Positions 1 through 9,600 of a DNA stretch of 44,049 nt are shown here, in pieces (position 1 is the stretch's first letter; each line of letters starts with the position of its first letter). Under the pieces are notes generated by a model that had not been told where the DNA came from, searched no databases, and saw nothing but the letters and a program-made list of their open reading frames with translations. The position numbers were made by a program, and so were the translations under genes. The stretch spans positions 62,001 through 106,049 of the forward strand of contig JALAGF010004118.1 in NCBI GenBank assembly GCA_030167865.1, written 5' to 3'. Source of the stretch: Craspedostauros australis. Taxonomy: Eukaryota.

Positions 1-1
1 C

Positions 2-847
2 AAACAGAACGACGGCAAAGACGAAGAGGTCAGCAACGAGCAGAAGTTCATCAACGCCGTCTTCCTCGCCGCCAGCTTCGGCTACGCCATCTTCACCATC
101 CTCAACATCGACGACGGCATGACGCGCGGTTGGTCCGCCAGCGAGATCGCCATGCGCATTCCGCTCGACAACTGGGGCAACTACGAGTCCTGCCTGGCCA
201 ATCAGCCCATCTCGACGAAGACCCTCATCAACGTCATCATCTACCTCCTCGGCGACTGGCTCAGCCAAACCGCGTTCGCCGGCAACAACCTCCTCAACTT
301 CGATCTCTCGCGCACGCTGCGCAACGGCTTCATCGGCCTCTGCTTCGGCCCCCTCGTGCACGAGTACTACCAATTCAGCGACGCCATACTACCGCCCGAA
401 GACGGCCTCGTCACGCGCCTGCAAAAGATCCTCATGGACCAAACGCTATACCTCACGGTCAAGTGCAGCATGTACATCAGCGCGGTGGGACTCCTGTCCG
501 GCGACGACCTGCCCACCGTCAAGAAGAACGTGCAGGACAAGATCGGCGGCATCGTCATCACGGCCTGGAAGTTCTGGCCCCTCGTGCATTGCATAACGTA
601 CGGCCTCGTGCCGGCGCGTCATCGGATCCTATGGGTCAATTCGGTGGATTTGGTGTGGAACGCTATCTTGGCATCGAAGACGCAAGGCGAAGAGAATGAG
701 GATGGTGGCGACAAGATCATCACGGCGCAAGACGAGACGAACATCGCCGTCCATATGGAGGATGCGACCGATGCCACCATTTCCATCATCGACCTGCAGC
801 AGGATCCCGCGTTGCTTGGTCGCAATGCCACGGCCGTCGCCGTCTGA
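2..847 (+). CDS. Mpv17/PMP22 family membrane protein (5'-partial)
   Basis: The frame is open from base 2, so the gene begins before the window and the ORF-track M at 119 is internal. Family motifs: P..TK, LGDWLSQ, 'FDLSRTLRNGFIGLCFGPLVHEYY', 'KILMDQT', 'AWKFWPLVHCITYGLVPARHRILWVNSVDLVWNAILA'. Strong C-ending codon bias. Confidence 0.9.
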   Translation, partial: KQNDGKDEEVSNEQKFINAVFLAASFGYAIFTILNIDDGMTRGWSASEIAMRIPLDNWGNYESCLANQPISTKTLINVIIYLLGDWLSQTAFAGNNLLNFDLSRTLRNGFIGLCFGPLVHEYYQFSDAILPPEDGLVTRLQKILMDQTLYLTVKCSMYISAVGLLSGDDLPTVKKNVQDKIGGIVITAWKFWPLVHCITYGLVPARHRILWVNSVDLVWNAILASKTQGEENEDGGDKIITAQDETNIAVHMEDATDATISIIDLQQDPALLGRNATAVAV

Positions 848-1114
848 ATGCACAACGGCATGTATGATAACCTATAATAGAACATGCATGATGGATTGTG
901 GATAAATCGTGTTGAGTTGTGTTGACGTTGCCGATCTATTTGATGATTCGCTTGGTCTTGTTCTCCTGATTGCACGTATGCATAGTGCTGAGTTCAAGAA
1001 CATTGTGCAGTACAAACTGTTGAGATAGCAACAACGAGCGCCTCTACTATGTATTATGTGAAACATAACAGTGATTGTTTGCCCCCTACTGATTCCAACA
1101 AAACAAAGACGAGC

Positions 1115-2419
1115 TCAACTCCGCGACACTCCCCACGGTCGGGAATGCAATGGCCGTTGCACGACGGGCTGCTGCTGCGTCTCTTCGTCTTCAAATGCGT
1201 AACTCCACGTCTGACACCACTTCTGCATCTGCGGCACGGTGACTTCCATGCCTTGATCGCCCAGAGCCTCCCGGAACCACTGCGTCATCTGGCGCAGCTG
1301 ATTGCAAGGAATCCCCAACGACGCGATGCGTTCAAAGTAGGTCTCGTAGGACCCGCCGTGCACGGCCTGCCCCGCGACGATCATGGCCACCAAACTGAGG
1401 CGATGCGCCGTGCGCGGCACGCAGAAGGGAAGCGACGGCACGCCGCTGCTGCGCAACGTCTCGACGGAGCAGGCGCGGTCGAGGTAGATCATGGCCAGCA
1501 CGGTCTGGATGCCGTCCTGCTCAATGTCCAGCGCCTTGGCGATGTGGCGCAGGTAGGGCAGCATCTCGGGTCCCCATCGAGCGACGCCGCGGCGGATCGT
1601 TTTGCGTTTGCGGGGGGCCTTGGCGTGGAAGAGGGTGAGCTCGGTTTCTGGTTGGGATTCGCCGCGTGAGATCGGGGCGTGCCATTGTCGCGATGGATGG
1701 ACGTTGACGGGGTGGCTGCCGCCGCGCTGTTGCAGGTAGGTTGGTGTTGCTTTTGGAGGTGGTGGTGGGACTCCTGTTGGTGATGACGATGTTGTTGATG
1801 ATGTTGTTGACATCGTTGTTGATGACGTGCTCCTGCTTCCGTATTGACGCAAGCTCTGCATTGAGCTGTGTGGTGACGATGCTGATGAGGGAGGGGCGGA
1901 GATGCCATGCAGTAACCTCCTGTTCCACTCGCTCGTGAGACGCAAGGCCAGCGAGATCTGCTCCAGCGAGACCTTGGGCGGCTTGACGAAGTGCCGATCC
2001 TGCGTTGACTGTGTTAACTGCGCTGGCGGCGGAGGTGGTGGTGGGGGAGTCTGAACGGAGGCGGCGTGATGACTCTGCGGCTGCACTAGCTGTCGTTGCG
2101 GGTGCTGCTCCTGTTGTTGGTACTGTTGCTGTTGCTGTTGCTGTGGGTGATAATGATGCTGGGCATGCTGTTGTTGATGCTGATGCTGTTGATCCATCCC
2201 CTGACCATCAATGATGGCATTCGCTCCCATGTTCATGCTGCTCATGCTGGTGCCCATGTTGACATCCATGCCATCGTGCATGCTGCCCCCACGCATGAGC
2301 AGCAGCTGTGCAGGATTCCTCGACAGTTCCCATGATCTCGTGACCTGGCTGCCGGACACCATTCTCGTTGAGTGAGACACAACGAGAATGGCGGAGAGAA
2401 TCTTGACGAATGAAATCAT
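1115..2419 (-). CDS. Cyclin-like protein (PHO80/cyclin P/U-type box) with N-terminal signal peptide and Q/P/S/T-rich linker
   Basis: 434-aa ORF. The C-terminal 'TVLAMIYLDRAC...PRTAHRLSLVAMIVA' matches the PHO80-like cyclin pattern (al.YldR...nvHRL...A). The N-terminus MISFVKILSAILVVSHS is hydrophobic and signal-like. Confidence 0.7.
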   Translation of the reverse strand: MISFVKILSAILVVSHSTRMVSGSQVTRSWELSRNPAQLLLMRGGSMHDGMDVNMGTSMSSMNMGANAIIDGQGMDQQHQHQQQHAQHHYHPQQQQQQQYQQQEQHPQRQLVQPQSHHAASVQTPPPPPPPPAQLTQSTQDRHFVKPPKVSLEQISLALRLTSEWNRRLLHGISAPPSSASSPHSSMQSLRQYGSRSTSSTTMSTTSSTTSSSPTGVPPPPPKATPTYLQQRGGSHPVNVHPSRQWHAPISRGESQPETELTLFHAKAPRKRKTIRRGVARWGPEMLPYLRHIAKALDIEQDGIQTVLAMIYLDRACSVETLRSSGVPSLPFCVPRTAHRLSLVAMIVAGQAVHGGSYETYFERIASLGIPCNQLRQMTQWFREALGDQGMEVTVPQMQKWCQTWSYAFEDEETQQQPVVQRPLHSRPWGVSRS

Positions 2420-2489
2420 CTTATTGCTTGGTTGATTGATTGGGAGCTATGATGCGATGGCGTCAACCGCTGTTGTGGAAAGTGTGCGA

Positions 2490-2514
2490 AGAGAGAGAGA
2501 GAGAGAGAGAGAGA
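2490..2514. repeat. (GA)n microsatellite in the 5' region of the cyclin-like gene
   Basis: An uninterrupted run of ~12 GA units. Shorter GA/CT runs occur near 5973, 30640, 33563 and 38586. Confidence 0.9.
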
Positions 2515-3093
2515 TGGTTGTATGACTGCCGGAATGGATCTGCGAGTGTTCCGTCTGAACCTTGTCTCTTGCCGATTCGTTGTCTCCTGAAGAAGGAATT
2601 GTGTGAAATGCGTCCAAAACGGAACCACCACCAACACCAACACATCACACGCATGCCCACTCGCTCGTGCCCGCATTCACCACGCAGAGCAAAAGAGTGT
2701 TTGGCTTTCTGCTGACGACGTTGATTGACGCCAATCACACAGTCCAGGTGGCAAATGCATGTTGAATCTGCATGGGACTGCGACGTTGTTCGGTTGCGGT
2801 GAGATCATTCCCATCATTCCAGGAAACACGTGGAACTTCCAGTCATCGCATCTTGAGTCAGTTTAATCCAATTCCTACATATGACTACTGCGATCACATC
2901 ACAACCGAAGAAACAACTCAGACAAAAACACGACAAACACGACAAAGGCGAAACGACACAGAAAAATGTGACGCCATCACGAACATCGGGCGAACGACGA
3001 TGATGGTGATGATGAGATGGCGATGGCCATGATGCGAACAACGGTTGTGGCAACACCGATTCGGTGGCAACGATGACGACCACGGTCATCGTT

Positions 3094-3127
3094 TGATTGA
3101 TGCATTGATTGATGCATTGATTGATAC
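3094..3127. repeat. 12-bp minisatellite (TTGATTGATGCA) x~3 upstream of OXA1
   Basis: ttgattgatgca ttgattgatgca ttgattgata, read directly. Confidence 0.8.
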
Positions 3128-3218
3128 GGCGAACGAGGCAGACAAGAAGCCATCAACGTGGCGAACATCGGCAGCACCGACGTCCGAGGAGTCTGCGTGT
3201 ACAACCACGCTGCAAGCC

Positions 3219-4844
3219 ATGTTGCGCGTCGCATCACCGCTTGGTGGCCGATCAGCGCATCGCATCCGACGATCCGCATTGGCAGCTCTTGCCGATCGCA
3301 CTGGAATCAGCACCGACGATCGCGGCTCAAGCAATGCCACAGATGAATGGACCACCGCACGACGGCAGTTCGTGTCGGTCCACAATCACGCGCACGTGCA
3401 AAAGCAGAAGCGTTTATACAGAAATGTGGTGCTGCACAACGCCATCCCAATCCACGAACACATCGTTCACAGCAGCATGCAGAGGCGGCACATGTCGTCG
3501 TGGTTGCCGGAAGCCTTCCAACAGATCTCCATCTGGGGTGGTACGGGACATCTTCTCAAGGCCATTCACATGGACGGCACCGTGCCCTACTGGGCGTGCT
3601 TCGCGCTCATCAACGCGGGACTGCGCACGGCCCTGCTCCCTCTCGTCGTCTACAGCGCCCGCACATCGGCGCGTTTTGCCAAGGTCTCACCCGAGATACA
3701 GTTCATCATCACGCTGTTTCAGAACGATCTTAAGAAACTCAGGGAGCAGAAGAAGAGCCTTCTGGAACAGCGCTTCCTCTTCACGCAGAACTTGGAAACC
3801 ATCCGCAGCATCTACAAGCTGCACAAGATCAACCCCCTCACGGTCTTCCTCAGCCCGCTGCTGCAAATTCCATTCTTCTACTACGTCGCCGTCGATCTGC
3901 GCAAGATCGTCAACGGCGCCGATCCGGCCTTGGCTCAGGCACTGACGGAATCCTCCTTCTGGTGGTTGACCGACCTCACCGACCCCGACCCATGGTACGG
4001 TCTGCCCATGGCGGCAGGCGCCATGCTCTACTTCAACGTCGAAGTCGCGCTGGGCCGCCGCAGCCTCAGCGGACCCGCGGCTTCCAAATCCGACTTCGCC
4101 GGCCTCCTCAAGGACGCCTTCCAAACGCTGGCCGTCTTCATGCCATGCTTCGCGTCGCAATCGCCGGCCGGATTGCAGATCTACCTGCTGTCCAGCTTCA
4201 CCTTCACGCTGTTTCAGAGCGCGGCATTGCGCACCGACGCTCTGCGCGAGAGGATCGGTCTGCCGGCCATGGGGACGCCACCCGAGGAACCCAAGTACGC
4301 CAAGCAGTTCATGGAGTTCAAAAAGATGGAACAGAAAGCGCGCGAAATCCGCGGCGACGGGCCCGTGTTGGGCAAGGGTATTTTGGCGCATGGCTTCGAG
4401 ACGTCGTTTCCAGGCAGCAATCGGCCCAGTACCATTCAAGGTAGCGACGAGTCCGTGTTGAAAATGTTGCGCGAAGCGGAGGCAGAGCAGAAGGCTGAGG
4501 ATGCACCCACGATGCAAGTGGCACCCAAGACTATGTTGGGTGGCGGGCCATTCATTCATGGCATCTCGGCGCCGCCCGATCAAATCGATGAGCAGGTGGC
4601 GGCGGCGTTTGCCGAGAAGGATAATGAAGAAGCTATGGTACCATCGACTGCAACAACGACGACGGCTGCGACGACGACTACGAATTACATGGATCAGCCA
4701 ACCGAAGATGAGATGGAGGCTGCCAACAAGGGCATTCGCATGGCACCGGTTGAGGTGGACGCTATTACACCCACCAACGCCACGAAGAAATCCATCAACG
4801 TCAAGAAATTCAGATCCAAACGAGGTGGGAAGCGGAGGAGATAA
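3219..4844 (+). CDS. OXA1: Mitochondrial inner-membrane insertase, Oxa1/YidC family (541 aa)
   Basis: The first in-frame ATG is at 3219 (the ORF track starts at a TTG). It opens an R/S/A-rich mitochondrial-type presequence, MLRVASPLGGRSAHRIRRS. Motifs: 'PYWACFALINAGLRTALLPL', 'PLLQIPFF', 'WLTDLTDPDPWYGLP', 'PAGLQIY'. The long C-tail ends in a basic stretch, which favours Oxa1 over Cox18. Confidence 0.88.
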   Translation: MLRVASPLGGRSAHRIRRSALAALADRTGISTDDRGSSNATDEWTTARRQFVSVHNHAHVQKQKRLYRNVVLHNAIPIHEHIVHSSMQRRHMSSWLPEAFQQISIWGGTGHLLKAIHMDGTVPYWACFALINAGLRTALLPLVVYSARTSARFAKVSPEIQFIITLFQNDLKKLREQKKSLLEQRFLFTQNLETIRSIYKLHKINPLTVFLSPLLQIPFFYYVAVDLRKIVNGADPALAQALTESSFWWLTDLTDPDPWYGLPMAAGAMLYFNVEVALGRRSLSGPAASKSDFAGLLKDAFQTLAVFMPCFASQSPAGLQIYLLSSFTFTLFQSAALRTDALRERIGLPAMGTPPEEPKYAKQFMEFKKMEQKAREIRGDGPVLGKGILAHGFETSFPGSNRPSTIQGSDESVLKMLREAEAEQKAEDAPTMQVAPKTMLGGGPFIHGISAPPDQIDEQVAAAFAEKDNEEAMVPSTATTTTAATTTTNYMDQPTEDEMEAANKGIRMAPVEVDAITPTNATKKSINVKKFRSKRGGKRRR

Positions 4845-4884
4845 AGATCGTATAGAGCCGAGTACCCTACTTTAATAGTACTGT

Positions 4885-5861
4885 CTAGAACTCGTCGCTG
4901 CCCGCCAAATGCTCCGTATCCTGGACCTTCTTGATGAATTCGCTCTTCTCAAGGCATCCCTTGCATTCCACGCCTCTCTCGCTGAGGATCTGTCTCAACT
5001 GCTTGACCCGCAGCTTGCTGAGGTCCTTCTTTTCCAACTTTTCGGTCTTGATGGGGAACTTGACGGTGCAGATTTCCGGGTTGCTCTTGGTGATGCGCTT
5101 GCAGACCTTGAGCGACGACATGCCCAGCGAGAATGGCTGCGCGACATCGCGCTTGATGGGGTCGATGTAGTAGCAGATCTTCTTCTCGCGGGCGCTGAGG
5201 GTCTTGCCCTCGTTGGCACAGTACTTGCCGATGGCGGACTCGATCTCTGGCTTTTTGCGGGAGGCGTCCTTCGTCATCGTGGCGCGGACGTCGTCCATGA
5301 CCTTCACACAGACTGTTGTGCAGTATAATATAATATTCATTGCAGTAGTATTGCAGTATCATAGCAGTATTATTGCAGTAGTATTGCACCATTTTTGTTG
5401 TCATTGTCAACGTTGTCCATTGTATTGTCGATGGGATAAATGAAGAAGACATGCCAATAGAATTGAGATTGTGAGAACACGCGATGGTCGCGGTTAGAAA
5501 ACTAGAGACTGCAAGTACGATGGAATGCCTTTGCGTGAATCTACCACGCTCGTTGCTTCATCCTAGCATTGCACATCCGCTGCGGTATGGCCGCCGACTG
5601 TCATCTGCCACAGATCTATCCAATGCAAACACATCCAATGCAGTGCAGTTCTGTGCAGTCCACTCTGGCTCTGTACTCGCAGTCTTTGGGTCATTGCCTC
5701 CATGGTAACAGCCGCATGTCCTGCATTGGTGCAGCACATCCAAGCGAAGCCAAGAAACAAACCACGGACGTCGCCCGCACACACACACCTTCACATTCTT
5801 CGGCTGCCAATGCGACGGTGGCATAGGCCAAAAGGGCGGCAAACACGGTGATGAACTTCAT
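4885..5861 (-). CDS. MANF: MANF/ARMET-family ER protein, 2 exons (5861-5789, 5312-4885; 166 aa)
   Basis: Exon 1 encodes signal peptide MKFITVFAALLAYATVALA-AEECE. The GT..AG intron 5788-5313 joins it to give EECEVCVK (MANF CEVC). Eight Cys in MANF spacing, the SAP-like 'DLSKLRVKQLRQILSERGVECKGCLEKSEFI' with CKGC, and C-terminal SDEF (ER-retention-like). Confidence 0.93.
5313..5788 (-). other. Spliceosomal intron of MANF (476 nt, phase 1)
   Basis: GT donor at 5788 and CAG acceptor ending at 5313. Splicing restores the CEVC motif in frame. Confidence 0.9.
5339..5388. repeat. 12-bp degenerate minisatellite (ATTGCAGTAGT-like) x~4 inside the MANF intron
   Basis: attgcagtagt attgcagtatc atagcagtatt attgcagtagt attgcac. 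Confidence 0.75.
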
Positions 5862-6673
5862 TTTTCGTTGGAATTAGAGGGTGGTGTTGGATGGATGGGT
5901 CGATGTTGTTGTGGCTACTCTCCACTGATGTTGCTGATGGTCTTTCTTGGTGAGGTGGAGATGGTCATGGAAGAGAGAGAGAGAGACGTTGCGCCGCTTC
6001 GTTGGGCTTGTGGTTCTCAACGGCAAAAAGACTGCACAGCTCAAAATTGGTTTTCGGCCACCTCCGCCGCAATCGAACGCAAAACAACGACTGAATCGTT
6101 GTGTGTTGCGTAGATTGCCACGTGGAGGCTCGTGATATCTATGTGGTGGGACTGAAAAAGAACAATGGATCACGAGTCCAACAGAAGCAAAAAGAGGATG
6201 AACGATGATCTGCAGAGATGTGGTGGGATCCAAAAGAAGCAACCACGAGGCGCCAGCATGGGTGCCCATCACAGCTGCGTGTGGCTCGTATCCCACAACG
6301 AACTTGCCATTCATTCACCTCCATTCCACAATTCCGCAGCTGTTGTTCTGTTCCCACAACGCTGTCAGCACCAGTGTCTCAACCACTACCAGCACATTCG
6401 CACAATACGCTCGTGCAATACCAACCACATTGCCAGGACCATCAATCGATCGACCGATCTCCACGTGTCCATCGTCGCCACCATCTTGGTGCACTCTTGT
6501 GTGAGGCAACCCCCATCGCGCAAGGGAAAGCTTGGAAAGACAGCTGGATCCTCTGCAGAGAACAACTCGGTTTCTGCCTCCAAACCCGTTCACCCAAGCA
6601 GCATTCAACCAGAGTGAATCCGGAGGAACAGACACTCGGCACACGCTTGCTCCACAGATCATATTCGTCGACC

Positions 6674-9600
6674 ATGATGCGGCAAGGATCGCTTCACCGA
6701 GGCACTCGCCGAGGTCTGAGTTCGATGTTGAAGCTCACGCTGATAGCGTCGGTTCTCTTATCATCTCTCCTCTCTTCAACGACCACCAGCACAAGCAGTG
6801 GCACTAGCACCGCCATGGGCATACCATGCTTAGCATCAGCCTTCAAGCCAATGTTGCAACCAAGGATACCGCTCACCAAATTTCCAACTTTGCTGGTGCG
6901 AGGTGGCGATGCCGGCAGCACGGCCAACGAAAAGGACCTGCCCACGTCCACTCACGATGACGATGAAGACAAGGGCAACAGCGAACGTAATGGCGATGAG
7001 GAACGCAACGATGTTGGCGTTGACAAGGACGACGGCGACGATGACGGCCTTGATGGCACCAAGAACGCCAGCGAAGAGGACGACAAGAAGAAGCATTCCA
7101 GCGTCGAAGACTACGTGGCCGCCATGAAAGCCAAAGACGAGCAACAGCAACATCATCAACAGGATGATGATGCATCTCATTCCGAGTCTCAAACTCAGCA
7201 ATCGTCAAACAAGGATGATACCGAGCCCACCCACGATTCGAATGGAGGCGATCGCAACGATTCATCAGCGCCGCAGTCACATGCAGACTCGGAGCCATCG
7301 AGCAGCGACAGCAAAAAGAGCAGTGACGTGGCGGATGATGCCTCCGTCGGCGTCAAGTCGCACAAGAAGTCAAATGCAGTCGGCGACGCGGACGGCGACA
7401 GCGACGACGATGATGACGAGGATCCGGATGACAGCGACCTGTCATCAGACTTCAGCGAAGAGTGGGAAGATCTCGACGATCTTGCCCCACATCATCGCGC
7501 ATCACAGCAGTCTCGCAGTGATCAGCAGGATCTTCCAGATGACAGCTACATCATCGAACCGGAGGTGCAGCTTGAAGTCGAACTGTTGCAGAGCACCATT
7601 CCCGCTGCTGGCACTAGCAATGCGGTCAACGAAGATGCCGGCACTCGCAGCAGCGAAACGCACGACAACAAACACAGCGATGCGTACGGCAACGACGCGG
7701 ATGATGATGGCGACGAGACTGTTGCCGCCTCATCCTCATCCAAGCCCTCCAGAGCTGCCAGATCGGGTGGCGTCGGGATTCGTCTCGGGCGAGGCCGGCG
7801 GAACAGTCGTCAACGTGGCAAGAACTCAGAACGCAAGCGCCGTTCGCAGGAAGCTGTTGCGGATGACGACGATGTCAAACTGATCGAGGCCTGGATGCCC
7901 CACCTGTACTTTCCACCACGCGACAGCACCCTGTCCTACCTCGCAGACAATGGACGCATGATCGATGCCGCCTCCAAGTCACGACTGGACAGACGAACAT
8001 TGTACGGCAGCTTGCTCATGGAATGGGGATGCTCCCCGCAATCCTCGCGCAGGTCGGGTGGAGCGCGCAAGTTCTTTCCGCACAAGACGACGCAGGAACT
8101 GCAGGCGGCACTTGCCGTCGCGACGCAGCCGCACTGGCGCAAAGCTACACCGCGCACCAACGGTATCATGATGTACACTGAGCTTGACAACAAGGACAAG
8201 AACAAGCCCATGACATTGAGCATGCAGGAAACTGTGGCCATGTCTTTGGTAAGTTATGCACGAGTGATGCCGGAATCGTAACCGCGAAAGCACCTATCGT
8301 ACAGATGGAACATAATGCTCTCGTTCGATGCCAACTAACACTATTCCGCTTGTCGTTTCATTTCAATTCATGCCTTTTGTTGGTGAATGGTTCTTCTGCC
8401 GATGTCGCATTTGGCGCTTACACGATTGATCACGCACATGCGCATTCCAAACAAACCTGCACAGGCACACTCAATGGGCTGCGGCATGCTCATCCTGGAT
8501 GATCAAGTGCTGAACAAAGTGCGGCAGAAGATGGTCGAAGCAGGCGTGAGCGACGGCAAGTTGAAACCTGCTTCACTGTTGAAAACTCTGCTCAACGCAG
8601 CAAAGGCAGGCAAGGTTGCGCAACCACCGACGGCACGAGCCACTGCCTCCATCTCATCGTGCATGCGGCACGACATGTCGTGTGGTCTGGACGATCAATA
8701 CGACGAACGGGCCATCGTCAGTATGGAGGCCATGGTGGAATGGGAGGCTGCAGAAACGAAAGAAGATACGAAGGCCAACGCATCCGAGGACAACGCATCT
8801 TTGCCACTCCCGCTGGTGATCTTCATCCGCACGTCGTCATCTGGCTCCTTGCTCAAGAGCAAGACCGCCATGGAACTTCTCATCCACGAGTGCACAGCCG
8901 ACGACAGTATCCATCTCGTCACGCTCGGCAAGGGCATCGACGAGTGGACCGATTCATTGCCACAGAATCGGAACAGCCACAGTGAGGTGGGGCAAGGACA
9001 GGATATGAGCGGTTCCTTGGGCCAGACGCCTTTCGACAACGTGGGAGGTTCCAACGGCAACAAACAAGGACAGTTTGGCTTCACTTCCCAACACAACAAC
9101 GCGTCAGGACAGAACGATCCACCTGGTTCACGCCGGTTCAACATTTTCCTGTCCCGCACAACCGACGCCAACGGTCATCTTGGAATCTTTGGTGCAATCG
9201 CGCCGCCTCAGGTCGGCAACCTGTTCCCCCACATGATGGCCATGCAGACGCGCGAAAAGCTGGAGCGACAGCACATTGAGAATTCGCCAGCCAAGGAAGA
9301 GCTGGAACGGTGGCAGAGGATGATGGAGCAGCAGCAGGAGGGGAACGATCACATAGACCCCACCCAAATGTCCTCCGTCCGCTTCTTCAACGCTAGCCTG
9401 TCCATCGGGTACCAAGACCAAAACGAAGACGAAGGCAGCCGCAACTCGCGCAGTGAGCAGTACGATGAGCAGCACGATGATCAAGATCAGACCGGCTTCC
9501 AACCGTGGGCGCATCCGCCACCGCATATCGTGGAGAAGGCATTGCAGCACTCGATGTCATGGATATTGGACGATCTATCGCAAATTGGCAAGGACGAGCG

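Noticed and set aside
3045-3218. N-terminal extension of OXA1 in the ORF track
   Set aside because: It begins at TTG and runs through a 12-bp minisatellite. ATG 3219 gives a proper mitochondrial presequence.
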